From NCBI RefSeq assembly GCF_001194135.2, contig NC_068994.1:56059921-56111207 (forward strand): a stretch of 51,287 nucleotides of DNA, read 5' to 3'. Origin of the DNA: Octopus bimaculoides (lineage: Eukaryota). A program made the position numbers and the translations under genes. The stretch's first letter is position 1, and each line of letters begins with the position of its first letter. This document shows positions 1 through 12,740 of the stretch, one piece after another. Below the pieces are notes generated by a model. It had not been told where the DNA came from. It made no database searches and saw only the letters and a program-made list of their open reading frames with translations.

Positions 1-32
<32 letters not shown>

Positions 33-228
33 TACATACACAGATGCACGCATATACTTATCTATATATGTTTGTGTATATTTACGTGTATGTGACATGT
101 GTTTGTGACAGTGTGTGCAACTGTGTAAGTATATATATGCGCGCGTGTGTGTGTATTTGCGTGTGTATGTCCATACATCTTGATGGATGGTGCCAAGTTG
201 TGTTGTGTCTGCGTTCGTTAACCTCCAG

Positions 229-278
229 ACAAGAAGTTATTCAAAATTTCATTTGGTTTCCGAAAATTGAAGAATCAG
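229..278 (+). other. Candidate internal exon (unverified)
   Basis: cctccag / 50 nt / CAG gtaacg; open frame QEVIQNFIWFPKIEES. No recognised homology. Confidence 0.2.
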
Positions 279-839
279 GTAACGAACGCGATAAGAACTG
301 ATCATTTCGCAATCTGAGGACACGTGTGTTTGCAGAGTCTCATCAGCTAGGGAGTGAAGGCTTTCTTTCTATTCTCTTTCTCTTTCTCTTTATTTCTTTC
401 CCATAATATACATCAAAGGCTAAAATGAATCTTAATATCGTTCAGTTAAGATTAGATGTCCAAGCTATTTAACGGAAGTTGAGATTCAATTGTCGTACGT
501 CGTTATTATTGTACATTCTAATATCCGCCATATTTTATATGTTTTGGCTTACCATCTTTCTTCCTCTACTGGCAATGGTTCTTTCACCTCTCTCTGCATT
601 ATTTTACTCATTTCGTTGTTGTTTGGACTTTAGACTCAATTCAATCTTGTTTCCAGTTACCGATGATCAAAGGCATTCCTACCTTCACAATTACTTTTTT
701 TCAGGTATAGTCTATCTTAAACTATATTGGCTAATGTACTTTTACCATTTGCCCTATTTACATTACACGCTGACTATCTCTTCCATTTTTGTTCAACCAT
801 TTTAACCACAGAATACATACATACTATATACATATCTTA

Positions 840-901
840 ATGCAAAATGCATAAAATCTTTCAAAATAATGTTATTTTGAAAGAATCTATGCATTTTGCA
901 T
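840..901. repeat. Short hairpin, 29-bp arms
   Basis: atgcaaaatgcataaaatctttcaaaata / tattttgaaagaatctatgcattttgcat, 2 mismatches, 4-nt loop. Confidence 0.85.
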
Positions 902-1265
902 CAATGCAGATGTGTAAGTAATTTATTATTAAATATGATATAAAGTATTTCTATGTTTTTAAGTTACGAAACAATTTGTCGTGATATTAGAATTTTCTTA
1001 TCGTGAAATAAAATTTCATCATTTATGACTTTATATACACACACACGCGCATACACACACACACATACATATACACATACACGCGCGCACACACAAACAC
1101 GGACACAGATGTATGACGAAAGATTTCCGGACAATGGACATGAGCTAAAATAATAAAATAAGGACAGTAACAAACGAGTGAAGAAAAAATATACAGTGCG
1201 TGTGTTTATTTGACAAAAAGAAAAATGACAGTCCCGAAATACAACAATATCCGTTTCTAGTTCTT

Positions 1266-1322
1266 TTTCAAGGAAAACTGAAGGACCGCTACAATAAGTG
1301 TGTGAATCTAAGAGGGGAATAT
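1266..1322 (+). pseudogene. Mariner transposase C-terminal fragment
   Basis: FQGKLKDRYNKCVNLRGEY fits the G..KL..RW.KC....GEY terminal motif. Confidence 0.55.
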
Positions 1323-1369
1323 CCAATCCAGGAAGTTTTCAACATCTCCCCCCCCGTTTGTATTGGACA

Positions 1370-1569
1370 GTGATTTTGTTATTGTTGTTGTTGCCGATAT
1401 TTTTGTTGTTGTTTTTGTTAGTTGTAGTGTTGGAAGTCGTGGTGTGTTGCTATTGGTATTGTGATGGCGGTTGCTGGGATTGTTGTTGGATTTGGATGAT
1501 AACTGTAGTGATGAAACTGATGCTGCTGCTGTCGTTGATGCTGCTACCGAGCGACTGCTGCTACTGCCG

Positions 1570-1601
<32 letters not shown>

Positions 1602-1660
1602 AATGATGATGTTGATGACGACGTTAATGATTGAGATGATGTTACGGATTATTGCAAAGA
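1370..1660. repeat. Compound trinucleotide microsatellite (GTT/CTG/CTA/GAT)
   Basis: Direct inspection. Confidence 0.9.
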
Positions 1661-1692
1661 TGCTGACATCAGAGTCGACAATATGTGTGTAT

Positions 1693-1730
<38 letters not shown>

Positions 1731-2737
1731 GTGTGTTTCTGTGTGTTGGCAAATGTGTAAGCGTACGTTGGTATATGAATAAGTGAGTGCACGCGTGTGT
1801 GTGGGTGTGTATGTAATCTGAAAGTGTCTATGTTAGTGTGCGTGTGTATGCGTGCATGTGTGCATGNNNNNNNNNNNNNNNNNNNNNNNNNNNNNNNNNN
1901 NNNNNNNNNNNNNNNNNNNNNNNNNNNNNNNNNNNNNNNNNNNNNNNNNNNNNNNNNNNNNNNNNNNNNNNNNNNNNNNNNNNNNNNNNNNNNNNNNNNN
2001 NNNNNNNNNNNNNNNNNNNNNNNNNNNNNNNNNNNNNNNNNNNNNNNNNNNNNNNNNNNNNNNNNNNNNNNNNNNNNNNNNNNNNNNNNNNNNNNNNNNN
2101 NNNNNNNNNNNNNNNNNNNNNNNNNNNNNNNNNNNNNNNNNNNNNNNNNNNNNNNNNNNNNNNNNNNNNNNNNNNNNNNNNNNNNNNNNNNNNNNNNNNN
2201 NNNNNNNNNNNNNNNNNNNNNNNNNNNNNNNNNNNNNNNNNNNNNNNNNNNNNNNNNNNNNNNNNNNNNNNNNNNNNNNNNNNNNNNNNNNNNNNNNNNN
2301 NNNNNNNNNNNNNNNNNNNNNNNNNNNNNNNNNNNNNNNNNNNNNNNNNNNNNNNNNNNNNNNNNNNNNNNNNNNNNNNNNNNNNNNNNNNNNNNNNNNN
2401 NNNNNNNNNNNNNNNNNNNNNNNNNNNNNNNNNNNNNNNNNNNNNNNNNNNNNNNNNNNNNNNNNNNNNNNNNNNNNNNNNNNNNNNNNNNNNNNNNNNN
2501 NNNNNNNNNNNNNNNNNNNNNNNNNNNNNNNNNNNNNNNNNNNNNNNNNNNNNNNNNNNNNNNNNNNNNNNNNNNNNNNNNNNNNNNNNNNNNNNNNNNN
2601 NNNNNNNNNNNNNNNNNNNNNNNNNNNNNNNNNNNNNNNNNNNNNNNNNNNNNNNNNNNNNNNNNNNNNNNNNNNNNNNNNNNNNNNNNNNNNNNNNNNN
2701 NNNNNNNNNNNNNNNNNNNNNNNNNNNNNNNNNNNNN

Positions 2738-2778
<41 letters not shown>

Positions 2779-3068
2779 TATATAAATACATACACGTACA
2801 TATAAGGCACAACTATATATACGTGTGTGTGCGTGTGTATGTATGTGTGTATGTACGTAAGTATGTATGTAAGTAGATGTATGTAAATAATAGATATTTA
2901 CACGAACAATATTAGAGCATCCAACAAGTAGAGAGCGAAAACTATTTCAAATGATATAGTGCGTAAGTGATAATACATCGTGTGTTTAAACTGAGATACA
3001 AGACGCAGATATTTCTGAGACTGTTTGAGACCGACGTCTGATGACTGCTTCGCATAAACTGAAAGTGT

Positions 3069-3142
3069 GCTTGCTTCCCAACTATGTGGTCTTAGGATCA
3101 GTCCTATTGCACGGCACCTTGGGCAAGTCTCTTTTACTATAG
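3069..3142 (+). mobile_element. SINE family A head remnant
   Basis: gcttgcttcccaac...ggcaccttgggcaagt...tactatag. Confidence 0.65.
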
Positions 3143-3180
3143 TAGAACCCAGCGCGATAAGAAGACACGTGATATGTAAA

Positions 3181-3296
3181 AGCGCACAGCCTAGTTGTTA
3201 GGGCGTTACACTCACGATTGCGAGACCATGTGTTCGATTTCCGGACAGGGCGGTGCGTTATTTTCTTCAGCATAATAATTCATTACACATTACTCT
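3181..3296 (+). mobile_element. SINE B-variant head
   Basis: gcctagttgttagggcg...tgttcgatttccggacagggc is tRNA-like; similar to the reverse complement of 5600-5730. Confidence 0.6.
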
Positions 3297-3311
3297 GGTG
3301 ATGGTAGTGGT

Positions 3312-3535
3312 GTTACTGGGGTAATCAATAAAAACTGAGATGCCCCAAAAGAGATGGCAGGAGTTCATTTAAGAGAAGAACAGAAAGTGTTGACTGAGGA
3401 GGTGAATGAGTTGCGGTGTTCAAAGATGAGAGAGGTGACGCCGATACAGTCGTCTGCATAACGACCGTATATATTTAACGAGGCTCTATAAGCTGTGCCT
3501 CAACATAACCAACATCACTTTGGTGTAGCTGGAGG
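3312..3535 (-). pseudogene. Penelope-like element reverse transcriptase relic
   Basis: Minus-strand translation with frameshifts: SSYTK..VGYVEAQL / IYGRYADDCIGVTSLIFEHRNSFTSSVNTFCSSLK*TPAISFGASQFLLIT. Matches PLE RT motifs SYANLFVGYVE, YGRYIDDCIGATS, VNSFHPALKYT; the DD pair lies in YADD at 3449-3460. Confidence 0.8.
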
Positions 3536-4591
3536 TAATTCTATTTTTCATAGTCATCTTCAGTGATCTGACAGACAAATTAATTACAATATTGTTCACG
3601 ACTAAGTTTGAACCCATTATTGGGAGGAACCTAATCAAGTACCAAATGGCATTACGTCCAAACAAGCGACTCTGCCATCCTAAAGATTATATAAGAGGCC
3701 AATGACATTACGATAATAAAACAAGCAATATATTACACATATACACAAGATTATCTTCAAATATATAGGTCCGTATACGCATGCGTGTACATGAATATGA
3801 ATGACCGAATGAATTTCATGAATTGTACAAAATACAGCTTTCGTAGCATCTTGCTTCTTCACAAAACATATCAAAAATTTCTTCATATAAAGTCATTGTT
3901 TCCTTTGAGGTGAAAATTAAAATATGCATGTAGCGCTATAACTACGAGAAAAAAGCATCTTATGAACTTTTACAAACTATCTGCTGGTTATTTATTCATT
4001 ATCATGACGCCATTTTGATTTTAACGTTTTNNNNNNNNNNNNNNNNNNNNNNNNNNNNNNNNNNNNNNNNNNNNNNNNNNNNNNNNNNNNNNNNNNNNNN
4101 NNNNNNNNNNNNNNNNNNNNNNNNNNNNNNNNNNNNNNNNNNNNNNNNNNNNNNNNNNNNNNNNNNNNNNNNNNNNNNNNNNNNNNNNNNNNNNNNNNNN
4201 NNNNNNNNNNNNNNNNNNNNNNNNNNNNNNNNNNNNNNNNNNNNNNNNNNNNNNNNNNNNNNNNNNNNNNNNNNNNNNNNNNNNNNNNNNNNNNNNNNNN
4301 NNNNNNNNNNNNNNNNNNNNNNNNNNNNNNNNNNNNNNNNNNNNNNNNNNNNNNNNNNNNNNNNNNNNNNNNNNNNNNNNNNNNNNNNNNNNNNNNNNNN
4401 NNNNNNNNNNNNNNNNNNNNNNNNNNNNNNNNNNNNNNNNNNNNNNNNNNNNNNNNNNNNNNNNNNNNNNNGCTTACATAAGTTGAATATATTGGATGCT
4501 AATTTGGAGTGAATGCGTGTATAGTTTTTCTTTCAACCTATTTATGAATGTTTGTAATGTGTTTCGACACGGAAATCATTAAATAGAAACA

Positions 4592-4638
<47 letters not shown>

Positions 4639-4676
4639 TGTAGACCCACATGCATACAATTATTGACAGTCTCTCC

Positions 4677-4712
<36 letters not shown>

Positions 4713-5161
4713 TTCTCTCTTTCTCTCTCTCTCAAACACACACCCACCCACAGTTTTACATACACACAAACCTACACACACGAACGTACACAAACAAACA
4801 GTCTTCCCACCGTAATAACTATTTTTCTGAAGTCGGCAATTACTTTGTGGGAAAAGGAATATGTAAATCACACAATCTTCATCTTTGTTTCATGGAGTTC
4901 AGTTTGTTTACGATCCGATTGATTTCGCGATATTTGTCATTTCTATTATATTCTTAATGATTACGTATCTGTCTATGTATATGGATGCCTCCATGCAGTA
5001 CTCATGTATATGTAAAAGCGAGTATGCGCATGTATGTGCCTAAGCAAACACACACACACACACACATACACACACACACACACACAGACACACACACACA
5101 CTCACAAACACACACACATATATAAATACACACACACACACACACACACACNNNNNNNNNN

Positions 5162-5203
<42 letters not shown>

Positions 5204-5425
5204 GTATATATATATACATAGGAATAGTAAAAGCAGTCATGCACGACATTTGTTTCAAAAGTGTACGAAATCCCTATTAGGAGTTATTTAAACAATTTTA
5301 TAATAATGACCTACACTTTCTCATCGTGTGCAGGCTGCTTAATTGTTAAGTTATAGCGATGTTAAGAAACTAACATCGGCTGTGAAACGGTGCTGGGTGG
5401 TAAGTACATAAACACGAAGACACAA

Positions 5426-5734
5426 GTACTCCGTCAGTTACGACGAGCGTTCCATTTGATTCGATCGACGAAACAGCTTGTTCGTGAAATTAACGTCCAG
5501 ATGGCTGAATACACCAAAGATACGCGTACCCTTAACGTAGTTCAGGAGATTTGGCGTGACACAGAATGTCACAATACTCTTGAAATACAGGTACAACTCA
5601 TTTTTGCCAGCTGAGTGAACTGGAGCAATGTGGAATAAAGTATATTGCTCAAGGACACAATGTGTCACCGGGAATTCAACTCACGGCCTTTCGGTTGTGA
5701 CCGAGCACCCTAACCATTAACCACACATCTTCAC
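5426..5734 (-). mobile_element. SINE B-variant (B 3' half, different middle), inserted in a SINE A
   Basis: 3' half homologous to B; tRNA-like head at about 5670-5730; 14-bp direct repeat aacac(g/a)aagacaca at 5411-5424 and 5735-5748. Confidence 0.75.
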
Positions 5735-5748
5735 AACACAAAGACACA

Positions 5749-5880
5749 CACATACATACGACAGACTTTCATACGGCTTCCGTCTACCAAATTCACTCAC
5801 AAAGCATTATTTGAACCGAGGCTACAGCAGAAGAAATTTGCCCAAGGAGTTACACAATATCACTGAACAGGAAACACGTA
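5749..5880 (-). mobile_element. SINE family A, diverged 5' half
   Basis: ttccgtctaccaaattcactcacaaag block. Confidence 0.7.
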
Positions 5881-6414
5881 AGGCAGTTCAGTTGATTGAA
5901 CGCTTTTCTTCGACAGCGACGGATGTCCACATATTTATGTCTGTTAAGATTTCGAAAACTAACGAGCCTGCTAATTGTTATGTTATTTATTAATATTTCA
6001 CAGCAGAAGATCAAAACAATTGTTTGTTTAACAAATTAACATGAAAAGTTATCATTGATATCCGTTCGGTTCTTGTAAGAGACAATGAAAGATGAGATAG
6101 ATTTTACAAGAATTCTCATTAACAATACACGTCAAAATTTAATCAGAAAAAATTGATAGATATATATGTTAATTGTAATTTAGAAAATATGTTATTAGCA
6201 TAAGAGTTAAGTTGTCTGCAGTGGTGGAAATAATTGTTAAAAGCTGAACCGAATAAACAATTCACCAACAACAACGTGTTCAATATTCATCTTTTAGAAA
6301 TGTATTGAACAACTCAAAGACTGTCAGTGCTGTTGAGAAAGGCATGAAAAACCACCATAACGCTCCATATCCTTCACTCTTCAAAATATACAAAAGTAAT
6401 GGCAGACACAGCCA

Positions 6415-6640
6415 GAAACTAGGATTGGTCTACTGAACCCGTCGCTAGGAGATGGTAGGGGTTCGTAACCCCCCTGCTCGCAATTTTATGGGATGCAGCG
6501 GTGCATCGTTAACCAGCTAGAGGAGATGTCCTCTTGGATTTAAAAAATAGCAGTAGAGTCTGCCCAAACGAGCAACCATGTTAATGTGGTTACGAATATT
6601 ACTTGTCTGCAAAACTGCTGCGTTGGTCTCTTAGAGACAT
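6415..6640. repeat. Interspersed repeat family D; a second copy lies inverted at about 15557-15640
   Basis: 6513-6530 reverse-complements to gacatctcctctagctgg versus gacatctcctccagctgg at 15598-15615 (17/18), with weaker flanking similarity. Confidence 0.5.
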
Positions 6641-9055
6641 TTTAGAAGTATGATGCGCACTCTTATTCTCTATCTATTCATTCTATCCATCTCCCTCTCT
6701 TGTTCTTCTTTCTTTCTGCTTTTCTCTCCAACCCTTTCCCTATTCTTCTCCTCTTCCCTTCATCGTCCCCTTTCTCTCTCGCTCTCTCACTCTTCCTCCT
6801 TGACTCTCTCGTTGCTCACATGTGACCAACGACCATCGATCTTTTTTTCTTCCACTTCTTTCCTAAAGACAAGACGTGCTTTTACCTGTGTCTTCTCAAA
6901 GCTCGTTTTTCCAGCGTTCACCACTTCACATCGTCTTGGCTTAACAGCTCTCACCGTTTCTTTTTATTGTTTTGTTCTCACTGTCCTGTTTTTGTTACCA
7001 CTTTCACCTTCTGCAAAATATCTCATATTTCATTTAATTTGCCAAGCGGAAAGGACTGTTTAAGCGAAGTCGCGTCTTGTCCCTATCTTCGAAACGCAGA
7101 GTAGATAAAACAGGGGACAACTGATGAAGGGAATGTAAGGATAGAGGTCTATAAGATATATTATCTCGGGGCTTACATCGCAGCTTCATTTGACTTTCCA
7201 TGATGTATTAGCTTTAATCCTTTTGACAAGATTACTATTTTGAAGTAATATTTTGTGTATATGTGTGTAACAAAGGAACACACAAGACGTGAATATACTC
7301 TCCCTCATCAGTTATCGTCAAAAGCCATAACAGTTTCGTACCTTTAACGATAAGATTGCTCACTCTGATGGCGACAACAGCAAAAGGCGCTGCTGGGTAT
7401 AAATGACTAAACGTAAAGTACGATGGCAAAAACAAATAAACAACACAGGCAGTTGGTACATATATAAACATACACATACAAATAAATGGCTTACGGCTAT
7501 GAGACAGCATTAGAAAACAAGACATGTTTAGAAGGAAAATGAAGTCCTATATATAAATATANNNNNNNNNNNNNNNNNNNNNNNNNNNNNNNNNNNNNNN
7601 NNNNNNNNNNNNNNNNNNNNNNNNNNNNNNNNNNNNNNNNNNNNNNNNNNNNNNNNNNNNNNNNNNNNNNNNNNNNNNNNNNNNNNNNNNNNNNNNNNNN
7701 NNNNNNNNNNNNNNNNNNNNNNNNNNNNNNNNNNNNNNNNNNNNNNNNNNNNNNNNNNNNNNNNNNNNNNNNNNNNNNNNNNNNNNNNNNNNNNNNNNNN
7801 NNNNNNNNNNNNNNNNNNNNNNNNNNNNNNNNNNNNNNNNNNNNNNNNNNNNNNNNNNNNNNNNNNNNNNNNNNNNNNNNNNNNNNNNNNNNNNNNNNNN
7901 NNNNNNNNNNNNNNNNNNNNNNNNNNNNNNNNNNNNNNNNNNNNNNNNNNNNNNNNAGGGCGTGCTTGTGTGCTAATCATTCAACCCTCACAAAGCGTGT
8001 TTTGAAAATCCGAATAAAGAAAATTCGGTTTTAAAATATTATTTTCTAAATAGATGTCTAAATAGATTGTTTGAATATTGCTGGCTGTAGCGGGATAGAT
8101 AGTAATATTGTATTGTGAATTATTATATCGAATAATGAAGACGGGAACGAACATGCAGAGAGTAAATAAACACTAAGGTGTGATATTGTGTGTAAAGTGA
8201 GTTATTTATCTCTTGTAAGGTAATAGGGCAAAATAAATGGGATATTTTAGGTAAGAAAGTGTACTCAATTGATATCTATAAATCAGTGAAGCATGATTTT
8301 CAGAAACACAGAACTCAAGTTATCAAGTTCAGTACCACCCAAACATCATTTATTTTAAACTTACTGAGAAATAATAGACGAATACATAAATACATTAATA
8401 CATAAATAGGCACAAATACAGACATACACATACCGCCATATTGTATTCTCGCAATTGTATTGATCATAATATGAAAATATATCTCTCAGCAGTTCATCCA
8501 GTCCTATATGTGTGTTCAAGATAGAATGAGGAATATTGAAATAATCGAGATATATATATACATTACAGTGAAATTCCATCTCAGTAGCGGGGTTTGTATT
8601 GAAGGCGTTTTATCAAAAGAATTCGTATATTCTGATAGAAATCACATTGATAGTTGAAATATTGTTTCACGGTCCTTGTCATGGCTTCATGCTGTGGCTT
8701 CAAGTTGTATTGGTAGATGTAATTAGGAAGAGTTGTTTATGGGATAGATATAAATTGATATTTGTGCGTATCCAGCAGAGAAGATATCCCAAGTTCGAGC
8801 ACGATAAACGATCTCTAGCAGACTACAATAGAATATTAGAATCAGAATATATTGAAATGTTGGTTTAGGAATCTTTTCCGTAGCTCTGTGATTTATTGCG
8901 TTATTTTGGTTTATTCCTGTTTCAGATACTTTCGTAAATAGACAAATAGAAAACCAAATGGATAGACGAACAGACAGACAAAGCAAGCAACTGGGGAGTG
9001 TGACATAGTTATATAAAGATTTATAGAATTATACAAAGTTATGGAAACTTAATAC

Positions 9056-9252
9056 TTTTTGCTTGTTTCAGCCATTGCACAGCGGCCATGCAGCAGACCC
9101 ATCCTGAAGGTTGTAGTCGATCAAATCAACGCCTCTGCTTATTTTAAGTCTACTGCTTATTTTTTTCGGTGGCTTTTGCTAAACCGCAAGTTTGAAAGGT
9201 CATAACCACACGAACACCAGTTACCAAATAGGGAGCGACTGACACAAACACA
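9056..9252 (-). mobile_element. SINE family A, diverged 3' half
   Basis: ttgtttcagccattgcacagcggccatgc matches the reverse complement of the A tail. Confidence 0.6.
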
Positions 9253-9509
9253 GGGGCCTATAGTTGTCGGAAGAGGCCGGAGATACAAATATTCTATATT
9301 ATTACTGAGCACTTTTCGATCAAGACCTCTTAAAATTTTAACGCATCTGAGGTCAGTGGATAACTAGGAGTTATCAGGTTGGTCGCCCCTCTTATCAAAG
9401 GAATTTTGAAACCGGGTGGAACGGAAACGAATTTATACATACCGTTAAGTATACGATTCAGTTGAGGGGTTTTAGGTGAGAAACAGTGTGACGTTGGGGG
9501 CAGGCAGGC

Positions 9510-10035
9510 GTGATAGTAGTAGTAGTAGTAGTAGGTCTGTTAATATTGGTGATGGTAGTATTGACGATAATTAGTGTTGCTGATGATAACACTGTATTAT
9601 GGCTATGATGGCGATGGAAACGATGGTGCTGACGGTGGGGTAATTGTAAGGGTGAGGTCGATGGCATTGGTGGTGGTGGTGCTGCTGGTTGTATTGATTG
9701 TGGTGTTGGTAGTGGTGGTAGTCGTGGTGGTGTTAGTGATGGTAGTGTTGGTGCTATTGTTATTATTGTCGTTGTTGTTGTTGCTGTTGTTGTTGTTGTT
9801 GGTGGTGATGGTGGTGGTCTGTGATGGTAGAGCTGATAGTAGAAGTAATGATGTTAGTGATATTGGCGGCGGCAAAGGAGGAGAGGAAGAAGGAGGAGAA
9901 GGAGGAGGAGGGGGAGGAGGAGTAGGAGTAGAGGGAGAGAGAGGAGGAGGTGAAGGACGGTATCCATAATAGATAATACGGAGTTGGTGACGGCGCTAGT
10001 AATTAAACTACTGGTAGAACTTAGTGGTGGTGGTG
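9510..10035. repeat. Compound trinucleotide low-complexity tract (GTA/GTG/GTT/GGA)
   Basis: Direct inspection. Confidence 0.9.
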
Positions 10036-11054
10036 NNNNNNNNNNNNNNNNNNNNNNNNNNNNNNNNNNNNNNNNNNNNNNNNNNNNNNNNNNNNNNNNN
10101 NNNNNNNNNNNNNNNNNNNNNNNNNNNNNNNNNNNNNNNNNNNNNNNNNNNNNNNNNNNNNNNNNNNNNNNNNNNNNNNNNNNNNNNNNNNNNNNNNNNN
10201 NNNNNNNNNNNNNNNNNNNNNNNNNNNNNNNNNNNNNNNNNNNNNNNNNNNNNNNNNNNNNNNNNNNNNNNNNNNNNNNNNNNNNNNNNNNNNNNNNNNN
10301 NNNNNNNNNNNNNNNNNNNNNNNNNNNNNNNNNNNNNNNNNNNNNNNNNNNNNNNNNNNNNNNNNNNNNNNNNNNNNNNNNNNNNNNNNNNNNNNNNNNN
10401 NNNNNNNNNNNNNNNNNNNNNNNNNNNNNNNNNNNNNNNNNNNNNNNNNNNNNNGAGGGAGGGGCGTATGTTGTGGAGGAAGGTAAAAGATGAGAGGAAG
10501 AAAATGGCGTGGGGGGGAGGTCAAAGGTCAAGATTTCTGTAATTGTGTCGCATTTATCATTATTAGATGATAATATAGAGACGGAAGGAGGGGAGATAAT
10601 AAATAAATAAATACATAAATAAACGTCCTCCACGTGTCTCAGCCATTCTGCTGGCCCCTGCTACGCACACACACACACACACACACACATACACATACAC
10701 ACAAATACACACAAATACACGCTCATACATATACACACACTCATACACATACACATACGTTCACACACACGCATACAAACCACACATACACACCTACACA
10801 TACACACAGAGGCGTACTCCACTTCAAATATTCGTTGTTCGTTCTTTACAAATCCTCAAATCTTAAATGCTACTTGTGCCCCCTGGACAACTTAAGGAGT
10901 AGTAGTTGTTCGGCTGTAGTGGCAGCAGCAGCAGCAGCAGTAGCAGCAGCAGTAGTAGTAGTAATAGTAGTAGTAGTAGTATTAATAGTAGTAGTAGTAG
11001 TAATAGTTCTTAAGTCTTAGGTCAATCCTACTCGTGTAAATCTTTGATCAAAGA

Positions 11055-11270
11055 CAGTGTTTCTCAGCCCTTTTGGGGGGGGGGGGGTCTATGGACTCTC
11101 TTTGACTCCTGTTTTACTCCATTGGACCACCATTCAAATTTTTCTAAAAATCGTATTTAATTAACATGTGCCAAAATTTGATATCAATATTACTCGGTCT
11201 AACCAAAAAATCTGAAAACAAGCACGGACGTTTAGAAAACATTCATGAAAATGATTTGAGAGAAGCAGAG
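11055..11270. mobile_element. Possible hAT/Charlie-like MITE remnant
   Basis: Starts CAGTGTTTCTCA, typical of Charlie-type TIRs; the right TIR is poorly conserved. Confidence 0.3.
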
Positions 11271-11716
11271 GACTAAACATGCAAACGTGTAACGAGATAC
11301 AACGAAAAGAAATCCTCATAAGCGTCTTCATTCTCTTCACTTGGCCAGTTTGTGACCGCGTTTCTATTTCTAAGGTTGGACGTATCGGTTATTCAAAAGT
11401 ACAAGAACTGATGTCACCTAATATTGGAACATCTGTCTGCCAATGATTAATGTTGTTGTTCTATTGGTGATCTTGAAGATATGAAAAGAATACACGAACT
11501 CGTGAATCCTGAAGATTATTGGCTAGGCATAATGGCCATCGCATCGCAGTTCATTAGTAACGATTGTACTCGTTCTAAAACCAATTGCCATCATATATGT
11601 GTGTGAATGTGTGTGTTTGTGCGTGTATTTGTAAGTGTGTGTCCCGTTCCTTTTTTGACGTCCTGTACCCGGATATGCATCTATATATACATGTAGATGT
11701 AAGTATGTACATACTT

Positions 11717-11812
<96 letters not shown>

Positions 11813-12050
11813 NNNNNNNNNNNNNNNNNNNNNNNNNNNNNNNNNNNNNNNNNNNNNNNNNNNNNNNNNNNNNNNNNNNNNNNNNNNNNNNNNNNNNNNN
11901 NNNNNNNNNNNNNNNNNNNNNNNNNNNNNNNNNNNNNNNNNNNNNNNNNNNNNNNNNNNNNNNNNNNNNNNNNNNAAAGAGAGAGAGAGAGAGATACACT
12001 CACACTTGCATATGTTTGTGCATGTGAACTTATGGACAGCATGAATCATC

Positions 12051-12053
<3 letters not shown>

Positions 12054-12083
<30 letters not shown>

Positions 12084-12130
12084 AAGAAGAAGAAGAAGAA
12101 GAAGAAGAAGAAGAAGAAGAAGAAGAAGAA
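12054..12130. repeat. (AAG)n microsatellite
   Basis: Pure run. Confidence 0.95.
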
Positions 12131-12418
12131 ATCCAAAATTTTCTCTCCGCTGACATAGAAAACATTTAGCCGTAGAATCGATCACGCGTTGCAAGGTTCG
12201 TATTCGTATATTAAGTTCGCAGTTCTAAACCATTGAATGTTAAAGTATCAAAAGATTCTTTAATGGGTGTGGTTCGTCATGTAAAGTATGGTGGAGCCAC
12301 TTGACATGAACGTGGTGGTGCTGCTGCTGCTGTTGTTGTTCCTGTTCTTGTACAATGGTGATAGTCGTTTTAGTGGTAGTAGTAGTAGTTGTTGTTGTTC
12401 GGCCCTGGTCAACTCTGC

Positions 12419-12740
12419 TTTGAGCTAACCTTTGATTAAATACTCCTAAGCTACGATCATCACATCTGTTTAAGACATGTTGTACTCATTACTACTTATC
12501 TATCTTGTTTTGAGCGAGCCTTTGATCAAATGCACTCAAGCTGCGATCATCTCATCTGTTTAAGATATGTACTCATTACTACTCATATCTTATATCTTGT
12601 TTTGAGCGGGCCTTTGATCAAATGCATTCAAGCTGCGATCATCGCATCTACTTAAGTTGCATTTTTCACTATACTGTTTTGAGCGGACCTTTGTTCAAAT
12701 GCATTTAAGAAGTGATCATCTTATCTATTTAAGATATGGA
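12419..12740 (+). repeat. Minisatellite, 4 copies of an approximately 80-90 bp unit
   Basis: tttgagc..cctttgatcaaatgca..caagctgcgatcat..catctgtttaaga starts near 12419, 12508, 12600 and 12677. Confidence 0.9.

Noticed and set aside
300-350. Minus-strand CTGATGA...GAAA-tgatca
   Set aside because: Stem II pairs poorly and there is no stem I.
965-990. GAAA-caatttg-TC-gtg, and a similar GAAA-caaatg-TC-gtg on the minus strand near 5240-5258
   Set aside because: They look like hammerhead 3' halves, but no CTGANGA or stem I was found upstream of either.
3038-3066. CTGATGA...GAAA on the plus strand
   Set aside because: No stem II adjacent to the core, and no stem III or stem I.
7118-7131. caactgatgaaggg shared with 41086-41099 (CTGATGA box), with a related motif near 7305-7318
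   Set aside because: A real shared repeat motif, but no GAAA at a suitable distance, so not called a ribozyme.
8361-8986. Minus-strand ORFs with faint GIY-YIG/PLE-like words (FHCNVYIY...HIG)
   Set aside because: Motif spacing is not convincing by eye; needs an HMM search.
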